The notes: generated from the sequence alone by a model not told the origin. Numbered from the stretch's first letter, positions 8,784 to 18,914 are shown. The stretch: DNA of 64,000 nt from Gemmatimonas sp. (GCA_013824755.1 PNOJ01000001.1:14474-78473), one strand, 5' to 3'. Program-made: numbers and translations.

Positions 8784-9275
8784 ATGGACCTGGATTCCGG
8801 TTTCTTCGTCAGCCACGAGCGCTGGATGCGCCTCGCCTTGGCGGAGGCGCGCGCCGCCGGCGAGGTCGGGGACGTGCCCGTCGGCGCAATTGTCGTGCAC
8901 CGGGACCGGGTCATCGGCCGCGGCCGCAACCAGGTCGAGGCGCTCAAGGACCCGACCGCCCATGCGGAGATCCTCGCGCTCGGGGCGGCGGCCGCCTCGC
9001 TGGGCGACTGGCGCCTGGACGAGTGCACGCTCTACTCGACGCTCGAGCCCTGCACGATGTGCGCCGGCGCCGTGCTGCTCGGTCGCCCGCGGCTGATCGT
9101 CTACGGGGCGGCCGATCCGCGCGCCGGGGCCCTGGTGTCGACCGCGCGCTTGCTGGAGACCAATCCCTACCGTCTCGCCTTCGAAGTGCTGGGCGGCGTC
9201 CTGGAGGCCGAGTGCGCGGATCTGCTGCGGGATTTCTTCCGGCGGCTGCGCGCCCGGGGGGGCGCGGAGGGCTGA
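8784..9275 (+). CDS. tadA: tRNA-specific adenosine deaminase TadA
   Basis: CDA fold motifs HAEILAL and PCTMC. Size 163 aa. Confidence 0.85.
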   Translation: MDLDSGFFVSHERWMRLALAEARAAGEVGDVPVGAIVVHRDRVIGRGRNQVEALKDPTAHAEILALGAAAASLGDWRLDECTLYSTLEPCTMCAGAVLLGRPRLIVYGAADPRAGALVSTARLLETNPYRLAFEVLGGVLEAECADLLRDFFRRLRARGGAEG

Positions 9276-9305
9276 AAAACCGGGAATCCCGTGCCGCGGC
9301 GCGAG

Positions 9306-9334
9306 TTGATTTCGGTGCTGGTCCGTGCTATATT
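9306..9334 (+). promoter_or_regulatory. Sigma70-type promoter of the tRNA-Ser/Ser/Ala cluster
   Basis: TTGATT-N17-TATATT. Confidence 0.5.
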
Positions 9335-9355
9335 GCCGGCCGCATCGAATCGAGC

Positions 9356-9443
9356 GGAGAGTTGCGAGAGCGGTCGAATCGGCACGACTGGAAATCGTGT
9401 GTACCGCAAGGTACCCAGGGTTCGAATCCCTGACTCTCCGCCA
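9356..9443 (+). tRNA. tRNA-Ser (anticodon GGA)
   Basis: GGAGAGT acceptor, anticodon loop CTGGAAA, long variable arm, CCA. Confidence 0.85.
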
Positions 9444-9458
9444 TGATCGCGAACGGGC

Positions 9459-9548
9459 GGAGAGGTGCCGGAGCGGTTGAACGGGGCGGTCTCGAAAACC
9501 GTTGAACACGCAAGTGTTCCCAGGGTTCGAATCCCTGCCTCTCCGCCA
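9459..9548 (+). tRNA. tRNA-Ser (anticodon CGA)
   Basis: GGAGAGG acceptor, anticodon loop CTCGAAA, long variable arm, CCA. Confidence 0.85.
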
Positions 9549-9581
9549 TGATCGCCGCGACGATGAAAGACAGGACCGGGT

Positions 9582-9657
9582 GGGGATGTAGCTCAGCTGG
9601 GAGAGCACTACGTTCGCAACGTAGGGGTCGTCGGTTCGAACCCGATCATCTCCACCA
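9582..9657 (+). tRNA. tRNA-Ala (anticodon CGC)
   Basis: GGGGATG acceptor with the G3-U70 Ala identity pair. Anticodon loop TTCGCAA. GGTTCGAAC T-loop. CCA. Confidence 0.8.
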
Positions 9658-9705
9658 CCTCATCTCGACGTGATTTCTCGCTGGGGAAGGAACCCCGACC
9701 GACTC

Positions 9706-9812
9706 GATGGGCCAGGCCCGGTGCGACGCCGGTGAGCTAACCCCGTCAGGACTGGAAAGTAGCAGCGGTACGCGGAAGCTGTCGTGTGCGCCGCCAGCCT
9801 GGCCCACCTTCC
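9706..9812 (+). ncRNA. ffs: Signal recognition particle RNA (small 4.5S type)
   Basis: Terminal helix GGGCCAGGC/GCCTGGCCC. Domain IV motif GTCAGGACTGGAAAGTAGCAGC matches E. coli GUCAGGUCCGGAAGGAAGCAGC, with compensatory base-pair changes around the GGAA tetraloop. Conserved ffs-dnaX-ybaB-recR synteny. Confidence 0.7.
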
Positions 9813-9841
9813 CCCGACAGACCCTTCTCCCCGAAGGTGCC

Positions 9842-11617
9842 ATGTCCTACCACGCGCTGGCCCGTAAGTACCGCCCCGCGACCTTCGATGCGATGGTGGG
9901 CCAGGAGCACGTCACGCGCACGCTGCGCGCGGCGCTGCGCCGCGACAAGCTCGCCCACGCCTACCTGTTCTCCGGCCCCCGCGGCTGCGGCAAGACCACC
10001 GTGGCGCGGCTGCTGGCCAAGGCCCTGAACTGCACGGGCGGCGTCAAGGACGAGCCCTGCGGCGCGTGCGAGGCCTGCGCGGCGGTCGCCGCCGGCTCGT
10101 CGCTGGACGTCCTGGAGATCGACGCCGCCAGCCACACCGGCGTGGACAACGTGCGCGAGCTGCGCGACATGGCCCAGTACACGCCCAGCCCCGGGGCGAG
10201 CCGGGTCTTCATCATCGACGAGGTCCACATGCTCTCGAAGGGGGCCTTCAACGCGCTGTTGAAGATCCTCGAGGAACCGCCGGCCCGCGTCTTCTTCTTC
10301 TTCGCGACGACCGAGCCCGCCAAGATCCCGCGCACGATCCTCTCGCGCTGCCAGCGCTTCGACTTCCGCCTGCTGACGCGCGACGAACTGTCCGCGCGCC
10401 TGACCGCGATCGCGGCCGAGGAAGGCGTCCGATTGGAACCCGGCGCCCTGCGGCTGGTCGTGGCGCAGGCGGAAGGGTCCATGCGCGACGCGCTGAGCAT
10501 CCTGGACCAGGTCCTGGCCGCGAGCCCCGAGCGCATCGACGAGCAGGCCGTCGTGGACCTGTTCGGGCTGGTGGGCAGCGAGGTGGCGATCGAGCTGAAC
10601 GAGGCGGTCATGGCGCGCGACGCCGGCCGCGCGCTGCGCCTGGCCGACCGCGTGGCCGCGGGCGGACAGAGCCTCGACGACTTCGCCCGCGGCCTGGTCG
10701 ACAACTTCCGCAACCTGCTGCTGCTGCGCATCGACCCCGCGCTCGCGGCGGGCATCAGTCTGCCCGAGGACCAGATCGAGATCCTGCGCCGGCAGGCCGG
10801 TCACTTCGCGCCCCAGGACCTGCTGGCCCTGCTCGACCGCGCCAGCCGCGGCTTCGAACGCATCCACCGCAGCGGGCAGCCCCGCGTGCTGCTCGAGGCC
10901 CTGCTCGTCGAACTGGTCCTGCTGGAGTCGCGGGTCGTGCTGTCGGACCTCGTGCGCCGCCTGGAAGCCCTGACCGGGCAGCCGCTGTCCGGCGGCGACG
11001 GCGGCCCGGGCGCCGACCGACGCGCCGCCACGGGCCGGCCGGCATCCGCGGCCAAACCGCCCGTCGCCAAGCCGACCTCTGCACGGGCCGCCCCCCACGC
11101 GGACGCCGCGCCGGAGCCGCCCGCCGCGCGGGACCACGGCGCTTCGCGCGTCCGCGACGCGTCGACGGCGGCGGCGGCCACCACCGTCGATGGCTGGACG
11201 GCCTTCGTCGAGACGCTGCTGGGCCGCCAGCCCGGGCTCGGCGCCTGCATCATGGAGGGCATCCCGGCCGAGGAGGACGGGCGCATCGCGCTGTCCTTCC
11301 CCGTCGAGAAGCAGTTCCAGCTGCAGCTGATCCAGAAGGATCTGCCGCGGCTGCAGGAACTCGCACGCGAGCTGCTGGGCCGCGACATCGTCCTGAACCT
11401 GGTTTCCGGCGCCGAGGCGGCGCGGCGCGAGCACCGCGAGGAGCTGCGCCGCCACGTGGCGCCCACCGAGCACGAGACGCTGCAGCGCGCCTGCGGCGGC
11501 GACGCGACCCTGGACCACCTGGTGCGGCGGCTCGACGCCGAAGTCGTGCCCGCTGCGGATCGCGATGCCTGGCACACCGCGCCCGACCGGGACGGGACCG
11601 CGCCGCGCGAGGGTTGA
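9842..11617 (+). CDS. dnaX: DNA polymerase III subunit gamma/tau
   Basis: MSYHALARKYRP..., Walker A GPRGCGKTT, clamp-loader domains. ATG at 9842 preceded by GAAGGTG. The upstream part of the table ORF covers ffs and is rejected. Confidence 0.9.
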   Translation: MSYHALARKYRPATFDAMVGQEHVTRTLRAALRRDKLAHAYLFSGPRGCGKTTVARLLAKALNCTGGVKDEPCGACEACAAVAAGSSLDVLEIDAASHTGVDNVRELRDMAQYTPSPGASRVFIIDEVHMLSKGAFNALLKILEEPPARVFFFFATTEPAKIPRTILSRCQRFDFRLLTRDELSARLTAIAAEEGVRLEPGALRLVVAQAEGSMRDALSILDQVLAASPERIDEQAVVDLFGLVGSEVAIELNEAVMARDAGRALRLADRVAAGGQSLDDFARGLVDNFRNLLLLRIDPALAAGISLPEDQIEILRRQAGHFAPQDLLALLDRASRGFERIHRSGQPRVLLEALLVELVLLESRVVLSDLVRRLEALTGQPLSGGDGGPGADRRAATGRPASAAKPPVAKPTSARAAPHADAAPEPPAARDHGASRVRDASTAAAATTVDGWTAFVETLLGRQPGLGACIMEGIPAEEDGRIALSFPVEKQFQLQLIQKDLPRLQELARELLGRDIVLNLVSGAEAARREHREELRRHVAPTEHETLQRACGGDATLDHLVRRLDAEVVPAADRDAWHTAPDRDGTAPREG

Positions 11618-11660
11618 CAACGGCGCCCGGCCCCGCCGGCGCGAGGAGAACACCGTGGAC

Positions 11661-11958
11661 ATGCGCGCCCTGATGAAGCAGGCCCAGCAGATGCAGAAGC
11701 AGATGCAGGAGACCCAGGAGCAGCTGGCAGCGCGAGGTCGCGGCCGAGGTCGCCGGCGGCCAGGTCGTCGCCGTGATGAACGGCCGCCACCAGCTCGTCT
11801 CGCTGACCATCCGGCCCGAGATCGTCGACCCGCAGGATGTGGAGTTCCTCCAGGACCTGGTCGTCAGCGCGGTCAACGAGGCGGTGCGCCGCGTCGACGA
11901 GATGGTCGAGAAGGAGATGGGCGCCCTGACCGGCGGCCTGAAGCTGCCGGGGATGTAG
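11661..11958 (+). CDS. ybaB: Nucleoid-associated protein YbaB/EbfC (apparent +1 frameshift near 11730)
   Basis: N-terminus MRALMKQAQQMQKQMQETQEQLAA in frame 0. C-terminus REVAAEVAGGQVVAVMNG...LKLPGM in frame 1. Together they reconstitute a full-length YbaB. Confidence 0.7.
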
Positions 11959-11961
11959 GTC

Positions 11962-12612
11962 ATGGACCACTCCGCTCCCGCCACCCGCCACGCCGCCCGG
12001 GCCCGCGAGGGCGGCGAGTTCCAGTCCCCCTCGCTGGAGCGGCTGGTCCGCGCCCTGAGCCGGCTGCCGGGCCTCGGGCGCAAGTCGGCCACCCGTATCG
12101 CCCTGGATCTGCTGCGCGAGGACGCCGCGTCGCCTCACGAACTGGCCGCGGCGCTCGCCGAGGCCCGCGCCAACGTGCGCCACTGCGGCCGCTGCGGCGC
12201 CATCACCGAAGCCGACCCCTGCGCCATCTGCACGTCCCCGTCGCGGGAGCCGCACCAGCTCTGCGTGGTGGCTTCGCCCGTGGACGTCCTGCCTTTCGAG
12301 AAGGCCGGCTTCTACCGCGGCCGCTACTTCGTGCTCGGCCGTCTGCTGTCCCCTCTGGACGGCGTGCGGGCCGAGGACCTGCCGTTCGCGCGTCTGGCCA
12401 CGCGCGTGGAGCAGGACGGGATCGGCGAGATGATCCTGGCCCTCGACGCGAGCGTCGAAGGCGAGGCGACCTCCCTCTACATCCAGCGGATGTTCCACGG
12501 TCGCGACCTGCGGCTCAGCCGCCTGGCCACGGGCATCCCGGTGGGCGGCGCGCTGGCCTACACCGACGAGGCGACCCTGCATCGGGCCTTCCAGTTCCGC
12601 CGGGATTTTTGA
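11962..12612 (+). CDS. recR: Recombination protein RecR
   Basis: HhH LPGLGRKSA, C4 zinc finger CGRCGAITEADPCAIC, Toprim domain. Confidence 0.9.
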   Translation: MDHSAPATRHAARAREGGEFQSPSLERLVRALSRLPGLGRKSATRIALDLLREDAASPHELAAALAEARANVRHCGRCGAITEADPCAICTSPSREPHQLCVVASPVDVLPFEKAGFYRGRYFVLGRLLSPLDGVRAEDLPFARLATRVEQDGIGEMILALDASVEGEATSLYIQRMFHGRDLRLSRLATGIPVGGALAYTDEATLHRAFQFRRDF

Positions 12613-12707
12613 GCTCAATCCCTTATCTCCACAGCCGATACCTCGGGCAATGATGCCGCGGCCGGTCGTCGACGACCCGCCGCCGTGCCCGTCCCCGGAG
12701 GTAGGAC

Positions 12708-13139
12708 GTGACGACCCCGACCCGCACTCGCGACGACGCCTTCACCCTGCTGTACTCGGCCGCGGTCGCGCTGCTCGGGCGCACCGGCGTGCGGGGCGTG
12801 GCGCTCGTGGACGGGCAGGGGCGTCTCGTGCTGCACGTGGGGGAGGCCCCGCAGGGCCTGCCCGAAGCCGCGGTGGCCCGCCTGCGGGCCGCGCTGGCCG
12901 CGGCCGGCGTGCTGGGCGCCGACGCCGCGCCCGACGCTTCGGCCTTCCTGCTCGACGGGGAGCATCGCGTCCACGCCGCCCACGTGGCGCGGGGACTGGT
13001 GCTCATGGTCTTCGGGAACGAAGATCTCTGGCCGGGGCTGGCGCACCGGACGGTGGGCAGCCTGCTGGCGAGCATGCGCGAGGCCGTCGGGCTGCTGTTC
13101 GAAGACGCCGATCCGGAAACGCCGTCGAGGCGGGCGTGA
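12708..13139 (+). CDS. Roadblock/LC7 (MglB-like) domain protein
   Basis: GVRGVALVDGQGRLVLHVGEAP is typical of Roadblock/LC7. GTG start behind GGAGGT. Its stop overlaps the GTG of the downstream GTPase (GTGA). Confidence 0.6.
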   Translation: MTTPTRTRDDAFTLLYSAAVALLGRTGVRGVALVDGQGRLVLHVGEAPQGLPEAAVARLRAALAAAGVLGADAAPDASAFLLDGEHRVHAAHVARGLVLMVFGNEDLWPGLAHRTVGSLLASMREAVGLLFEDADPETPSRRA

Positions 13140-13726
13140 ATCCCGCCGCCGAACGGGACCGTGCCGGGAACCTGCCCGAGGTGCGCCGGGCCGTCCTGTA
13201 CGGCCCCGGACGTGGCGGCAAGTCGGCGACGCTGGCGGCCTGGGCCGGCATGTTCGGCGCGCCGGCTGCGCTCGCCGCTTCACGGACTGTCGAATTGCAG
13301 GCGGCGGCGTTGCCGTCCGCCGTGGCGTCCGGCGATGGGTTCGAGTACCTCACCGTGCCGGCCGACGCACAACGCTCCGCGCTGCACCTGTTGACCACCC
13401 CGGGCCGCCTGTCCTGCAGCGAGGAGCGCCGACTGCTGCTGCGCGGCGCCGACGCCGTCGTCTTCACGGCCGACAGCCGCGGCTGGCGCCAGGACGCCAA
13501 CCTCATCCTGCTCGACGAACTCGGCGCCGAGCTCGCCGCCGCCGGTCCCGGCGATCGCGCCGCGCTGCTGCTGCAGTACAACCACCGCGACGATCCCGAG
13601 GCCCTGCCCCTCGCCGAACTCGAGGCCCTGCTCAATCCGGTCGGCTGGCCGTCCGTGCCCACGGTCGCCACCACCGGCGAGGGCTTGCCCGACCTGCTGG
13701 CCCTGCTGCTCGCCCGCCTGCGCTGA
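13136..13726 (+). CDS. MglA-like Ras-family small GTPase
   Basis: P-loop LYGPGRGGKSA, switch II TTPGR, RLLLRGADAVVFTADS (MglA has RKLILKGVDGVVFVADS), QYNHRD (the NKxD-type motif), ATTGEG. Confidence 0.65.
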   Translation: MNPAAERDRAGNLPEVRRAVLYGPGRGGKSATLAAWAGMFGAPAALAASRTVELQAAALPSAVASGDGFEYLTVPADAQRSALHLLTTPGRLSCSEERRLLLRGADAVVFTADSRGWRQDANLILLDELGAELAAAGPGDRAALLLQYNHRDDPEALPLAELEALLNPVGWPSVPTVATTGEGLPDLLALLLARLR

Positions 13727-13785
13727 GCGGCGCGGCCGGAACCCGCACCTGCCGTCCCCGCCTCGTTGACTGACCGCCGCGTTGA

Positions 13786-13815
13786 CCACCCGCCGCGCCT
13801 GGCTTATCCTGCACG
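13786..13815 (+). promoter_or_regulatory. Putative promoter of pgpA-cinA-thpR
   Basis: TTGACC-N17-TATCCT. Confidence 0.35.
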
Positions 13816-13861
13816 CGCTCGCCGTGCGCGCCGGCCGGGACTTCGCCGAAAGGACACCGCC

Positions 13862-14314
13862 GTGGGGCGTCTGCTGATCAACGCCTTCGCCACCTTCTTC
13901 GGGACGGGGTTGGCGCCCTTCGCGCCGGCCACGGTCGCCAGCCTGGGCGTGGCCGTGCTGTGGGGGCTGGCGTCGCCGGTGCCTGTGGCCGCCCAGGTCG
14001 GCCTGCTCGCGCTGGTCGTGGCGCTGGGCGTGCCGGCGGCCGGCTGGATGGAGCGGCGCCACGGCAAGGACCCGCACCGCGTGGTCTGCGACGAGGTGGC
14101 CGGCATGCTGGTCACCTACTTCGGCCTCACCACGGGCTGGGCCGGTTGGCTGGCCGGCTTCGCCTGGTTCCGCGTCTTCGACATCGCCAAGCCTTTCCCG
14201 ATCCGCAGGCTGGAAGCCCTGCCCGGCGGCTGGGGCATCATGGCCGACGACCTGCTGGCGGGTGTCTACGCCCACCTGCTGCTGCGCGCCACCCTGGCCG
14301 TGACGGGCTGGTGA
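13862..14314 (+). CDS. pgpA: Phosphatidylglycerophosphatase A
   Basis: PgpA family sequence (INAFATFFGTGLAPFAPATVASL...FDIAKPFPIRRLE). GTG at 13862 behind AAAGGA. The upstream part of the table ORF is an extension. Confidence 0.75.
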   Translation: MGRLLINAFATFFGTGLAPFAPATVASLGVAVLWGLASPVPVAAQVGLLALVVALGVPAAGWMERRHGKDPHRVVCDEVAGMLVTYFGLTTGWAGWLAGFAWFRVFDIAKPFPIRRLEALPGGWGIMADDLLAGVYAHLLLRATLAVTGW

Positions 14315-14316
14315 CC

Positions 14317-15590
14317 ATGGAGCGCCTGGGCGAGGCCCGCCTGATCGCGGTCGGGGACGAACTGCTCAACGGGCGCACGCTCGACGCCAATTCCCACGAG
14401 ATCCAGCAGCGCCTCCTGCGCCGCGGCGTGACCGTGGGCGGGGTGGCCGTGTGCCGGACCACGCCGCCGCCATCGCCGCGGCCCTGGACGCCGCGCCCGA
14501 CGCCTGCCTGGTCGTGCTGACCGGGGGCCTCGGCCCGACCCCGGACGACCTGACGGCCGAAGCGGTCGCGGCCTGGGCGGAGGTCCCGCTGCAGCAGGAC
14601 GCGGCCGTCGCCGCCCTGCTGCGCGCGCGCTGCGAGGCGCGCGGCCGTCCCTACGGCCCCAACATGGTGAAGCAGGGGATGCTGCCCTCGGGGCTCGACG
14701 CGCTGCCGAACCCCGAGGGCACCGCGCCGGCGATGGTCGGGGACCTGCGCGGCCGCACGCTGGTCCTGTTGCCCGGCGTGCCTTCGGAGATGCGGGTCCT
14801 GTGGCCGCTGGTCGAAGCCTGGCTGGACGCGGGCGGCCGGCTCGGCCCGGCCCGGCCCGTCCTGCTGCGCCGCACGACCCGGCTGAGCGAGCCCGTCCTG
14901 GACCGGCTCACCGCGCCGCTCTTGGCGGAGTTCCCGGGCTGCGCCTGGTCCTGGTGGCTCACGCGCTGGGGAGTCGACGTCCAGGCCCTGGCGCCGGCCG
15001 GCGCGGACGCGATGCCCGCGGGCCTCGCCGCGCGGCTGGACGAGGTGCTGGGCGACCGCATCTGGGCGCGCGAGTTCGTCGACCTGCCGGCGGTGGTCCT
15101 GTCGGCGCTGCGCGACGCCGGCCTGACGGTGGCCGCCGCGGAGTCCTGCACCGGCGGCCTGCTCGGCGCCGCGTTGACCGACGTGCCGGGCGCGTCGGAC
15201 GCCTACCGCGGCGGGATCGTCGCCTACGCGGACGACATCAAGCGGGACCTGCTGGACGTGCCCGCCGCGCTGCTGCGCGAGCACGGGGCCGTGAGCGGGC
15301 CGTGCGCCCGCGCGATGGCCGACGGCTGCCGCGCGCGCTGCGGCGCCGACCTCGCGTTGTCGGTGACCGGCGTCGCCGGGCCGGGCGGCGGGTCGCAGGA
15401 CAAACCGGTGGGCACCGTCTGGATCGGCCTGGCCTCGGCGGCGGGGACGTTCGCCGGACGCACGCGCTTCCTCGCGCACCGCGCCCGCAACCGCGAGCTG
15501 GCCGTGGCCGTGGCGCTGGACGCCCTGCGGCGCCACCTCGCCGCCGGCGACGATCCCTTCGCGCACGCGGAAGCCGACGGCTGGTCGTGA
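14317..15590 (+). CDS. cinA: CinA competence/damage-inducible protein (NMN deamidase), apparent -1 frameshift near 14455
   Basis: N-terminal MoCF domain MERLGEARLIAVGDELLNGRTLDANS in frame 1. Continuation LVVLTGGLGPTPDDLT... and the C-terminal CinA domain in frame 0. Confidence 0.75.
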
Positions 15591-16156
15591 GGCTGTTCGT
15601 GGCCGTCGATCCCGGGGAGCGTTTCCGCGCGGAGGTGTCGCCCTGCCTGGACGCCTGGCGGGCGCGCTGGGACCTGGGCTGGGCGCGGACGGAGCAGCTG
15701 CACGTCACGTTGCGCTTCCTCGGCGATTGGCCGCCCGAGCGGCTCGATGACCTGCGGGCGGCCCTGGCGGCGGCGGCGGGAGAGACCCCGCCGTTGAGCA
15801 TGCAGGCCGGCGGCCTCGAGGCCTTCCCGGGCTGGCGCCGACCGCGGGTTCTCTTCTTGCAGATGGAGAGCGGCGGCGCGCTCGAGGCGCTGGCGGCGCG
15901 CATCGCGGACGCGATGGCCCGGCGGTGTCCGGGGCTCGGCGCGGCGGCGGGCGGGTTCCGGGCCCACCTGACCCTCGCGCGGTTCCGCGCCGGACTGCCG
16001 CCGCGCGAACTCGCAGCCCTGCGGCGCGAAACGGCGCCGCGCCTTTCCGGGATCGACGTCACCGGGATCCGTCTGGTGCAGAGCACGCTCGCGCCCGGGG
16101 GCGCCCGCCACGAGACGCGCGCTGTTTTCCCGCTGGCGGGGGCCGCGGCGCCGTAG
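15587..16156 (+). CDS. thpR: RNA 2',3'-cyclic phosphodiesterase ThpR/LigT (2H family)
   Basis: Two H-x-T-x motifs ([15 protein letters not shown]). GTG overlaps the cinA stop. Confidence 0.75.
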   Translation: MRLFVAVDPGERFRAEVSPCLDAWRARWDLGWARTEQLHVTLRFLGDWPPERLDDLRAALAAAAGETPPLSMQAGGLEAFPGWRRPRVLFLQMESGGALEALAARIADAMARRCPGLGAAAGGFRAHLTLARFRAGLPPRELAALRRETAPRLSGIDVTGIRLVQSTLAPGGARHETRAVFPLAGAAAP

Positions 16157-16248
16157 TAAGGTCGCGAATACCGACCGCCCCGGCGCGGCCTGGCTCGCCG
16201 CCCGCACGATCTCCCGGACGCAGTCCCACACCCAAGGAGTGATTCGCA

Positions 16249-17367
16249 ATGGCTATGGACAGGCAGCAGGAGAAGGCCAAGGCCCTGGAACTGACGCGGG
16301 CCCAGATCGAGAAGCAGTTCGGCAAGGGATCGATCATGCTGCTCGGGGAGAACCAGGTGGTCGAGGGCGTCGAGCCGATCTCCACCGGCAGCCTCGCGCT
16401 GGACATCGCGCTCGGCGTGGGCGGCCTGCCCAAGGGGCGCGTGGTCGAGATCTTCGGCCCCGAGGGCAGCGGCAAGACCACCCTCGCCTTGACCACGATC
16501 GCCAACGCCCAGCGCAAGGGCGGCGTGGCGGCCTTCGTGGACGCCGAGCACGCCCTGGACCCGGTCTACGCCCGCCTGATCGGCGTGGACATCGACAACC
16601 TGCTGGTCTCGCAGCCGGACACCGGCGAGCAGGCCCTGGAGATCACCGAGATGCTCGTGCGCTCGGGCGCCGTCGACGTCGTGGTGATCGATTCGGTGGC
16701 CGCCCTGGTGCCGCGCGCCGAGATCGAGGGCGAGATGGGCGACCAGCACGTCGGCCTGCAGGCCCGCCTGATGAGCCAGGCCCTGCGCAAGCTCACCGGC
16801 GCGATCAGCAAGACCCACACCCTGGTCATCTTCACCAACCAGATCCGCATGAAGATCGGCGTGATGTTCGGCAACCCCGAGACCACGTCCGGCGGCAACG
16901 CGCTGAAGTTCTACAGCTCGGTGCGCCTGGACATCCGCCGTATCGGCGCCATCAGCCAGGGCGAGGACGTGGTCGGCAACCACGTGCGCGTGAAGGTGGT
17001 CAAGAACAAGGTGGCGCCGCCCTTCAAGAAGGCGGAATTCGACATCCTCTACGGGGAGGGCATCTCCAAGGAGGGCGACCTGATCGAGCTGGGCACCGCC
17101 GCCGAGATCATCCAGAAATCCGGCGCCTGGTACAGCTACGGCGACGAGCGGCTCGGCCAGGGCAAGGAGAACGTGCGCGACCTGCTGCGCGCCAATCCCG
17201 ACCTCTACTCCCGCATCGAGCACAAGGTGCTCGTCCACTACGGCGTGAGGACCCAACCGGCCGAGGCGGCCGACGCGGCCGCGCCGGCGGCGAAGGCCGC
17301 GGCCGAGGGCGGCAGCGACGAGGCGCCCAAGTCCGGGCGCGGGCGACGCGCCGCCGCGACGGACTGA
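16249..17367 (+). CDS. recA: Recombinase RecA
   Basis: Full-length RecA ([10 protein letters not shown]1/L2 loops). CAAGGAG RBS. Confidence 0.95.
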   Translation: MAMDRQQEKAKALELTRAQIEKQFGKGSIMLLGENQVVEGVEPISTGSLALDIALGVGGLPKGRVVEIFGPEGSGKTTLALTTIANAQRKGGVAAFVDAEHALDPVYARLIGVDIDNLLVSQPDTGEQALEITEMLVRSGAVDVVVIDSVAALVPRAEIEGEMGDQHVGLQARLMSQALRKLTGAISKTHTLVIFTNQIRMKIGVMFGNPETTSGGNALKFYSSVRLDIRRIGAISQGEDVVGNHVRVKVVKNKVAPPFKKAEFDILYGEGISKEGDLIELGTAAEIIQKSGAWYSYGDERLGQGKENVRDLLRANPDLYSRIEHKVLVHYGVRTQPAEAADAAAPAAKAAAEGGSDEAPKSGRGRRAAATD

Positions 17368-17370
17368 GCC

Positions 17371-18042
17371 GTGGACGGGACGGAGACCGGGATCCGCCTG
17401 CTGTCCCTGGACCGCGGCGACGGCGAGGCGCGGCTCGCCCTGAGCGACGGCACGGTGCTGGAGCTGGCGACGTCGTCGCTGCCGCCGGGACTGCCCGCCT
17501 GCGGGGAGATCCTGCCGTCGGCGCTGCTCGCCGCGCTCCACGAGGCCGCGGTCCGCAAGCAGATCGCCCGCCGGCTCTTCCGCGAACTCGATCGCCGGCT
17601 GCGCACGCGGGCGGACCTGAGGTCCCGCCTGCTCGCAGCCGGCTTCCCGCCGGGTCCCGTCGACGAGGTGCTGGAGCGGTTCGCGGAGACGGGCGTCCAT
17701 TCGGACCGGCGCTTCGCCGAAGCCTGGTGCCGCGACACGCTCAGAGCCAAGCCCGTCGGGCGGCGCTTGCTCGCCGACCGCCTGGCCAGGACGGGGGTGC
17801 CGCCGGCGCTCGCCGCCGCCGTCGCCGCCGAGCAGCTGCCGCCCGGTGACGAGGCGGAACTGGCGCGAACGGCCGCAAGGTCCTGGTGGCGGCGGCAGCG
17901 CGGCGACGCCGACGCGCGCGCCCTGGCCAAGGGACAGCGTTTCCTGATCGGTCGCGGCTTCCCGCCCGGGACGGCCGCCGACGCCGTGCGGGCCACGGTC
18001 CCGGCCCGGCGAGTCGACGAGGACGGGGAGGATCCTGCATGA
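17371..18042 (+). CDS. recX: RecA regulator RecX
   Basis: RecX-like helical repeats. GTG 3 nt after the recA stop. Confidence 0.8.
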   Translation: MDGTETGIRLLSLDRGDGEARLALSDGTVLELATSSLPPGLPACGEILPSALLAALHEAAVRKQIARRLFRELDRRLRTRADLRSRLLAAGFPPGPVDEVLERFAETGVHSDRRFAEAWCRDTLRAKPVGRRLLADRLARTGVPPALAAAVAAEQLPPGDEAELARTAARSWWRRQRGDADARALAKGQRFLIGRGFPPGTAADAVRATVPARRVDEDGEDPA

Positions 18043-18914
18043 AGATCCTGGTGACCGGCGCCGCGGGGATGCTCGGCCGCGCCATCCTCGACGAGTACGA
18101 GGACTCGGGCCACTGCGTCGGCGTCGACCTGCCGGACGGGGACCTCACCCTGCGGGACACGGCCCTGGAATTGATGATGCAGCATTCCCCGCATCACGTC
18201 GTCCACGCCGCGGCCTACACGGACGTCGACCGGGCCGAGAGCGACCCGGAGCGGGCCCATGCCGTGAACGCCGAGGCCACCCGCCTGCTGGCCCGCTGCT
18301 GCACGTCCCTCAACATCCCGTTCACCTACATCAGCACGGACTACGTTTTCGACGGCGAGGACCCCGCCGGGTACTTCGAGGACGCCGAACGCCGGCCCCT
18401 GGGCGTCTACGGGCGCACCAAGGCCCTGGGCGAGGAGGAGGTCCAGTCGGCCGGCGGCGACTGGCGGATCATCCGCACCAGCTGGCTCTTCGGCCCCGGG
18501 CCGAAGAACTTCGTGCTGACGATCCGCAGGCTGCTGTCGGAACGGGAGACGCTGACGGTCGTCGACGACCAGACCGGCTGCCCCACCTACGCGCCGGACC
18601 TGGCGCGCATCATGCGCCTGGTCCTGCTGGGCAAGGGCCGCGGCATCTTCCACGCCACCAACGCGGGTGCGACGACCTGGCACGCGTTCGCGCGCGAGGT
18701 CGCGCGACTCAGCGGCGCCGACCCCGAGCGGATCCTGCCCTGCGCCACCGCGGCGTACCCGACGCCGGCGCGACGGCCCGCCTGCTCGATCCTGCGCAGC
18801 CGGAACCTGGAATCCATCGGGCTCGGTCCCCGTCCGTCTTGGCAGGACGCCGTGGAGCGTTATATTGCGGGGCTCGCGCGGCACGAGTCACCCGAACCCG
18901 GAGTCCGGCCATGA
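18039..18914 (+). CDS. rmlD: dTDP-4-dehydrorhamnose reductase
   Basis: [13 protein letters not shown] Rossmann fold, YxxxK, RmlD family. ATGA overlap with recX. Confidence 0.85.
   Translation: MKILVTGAAGMLGRAILDEYEDSGHCVGVDLPDGDLTLRDTALELMMQHSPHHVVHAAAYTDVDRAESDPERAHAVNAEATRLLARCCTSLNIPFTYISTDYVFDGEDPAGYFEDAERRPLGVYGRTKALGEEEVQSAGGDWRIIRTSWLFGPGPKNFVLTIRRLLSERETLTVVDDQTGCPTYAPDLARIMRLVLLGKGRGIFHATNAGATTWHAFAREVARLSGADPERILPCATAAYPTPARRPACSILRSRNLESIGLGPRPSWQDAVERYIAGLARHESPEPGVRP

Noticed and set aside
9707-9841. Upstream part of ORF 9707..11617, called as a dnaX N-terminal extension
   Set aside because: It overlaps a well-supported SRP RNA. The conserved DnaX N-terminus begins at 9842 with its own RBS.
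16157-16248. LexA/SOS box upstream of recA
   Set aside because: No CTGT-N8-ACAG, GAAC-N4-GTTC or CGAACRNRYGTTYC-like dyad was recognisable in the intergenic region.
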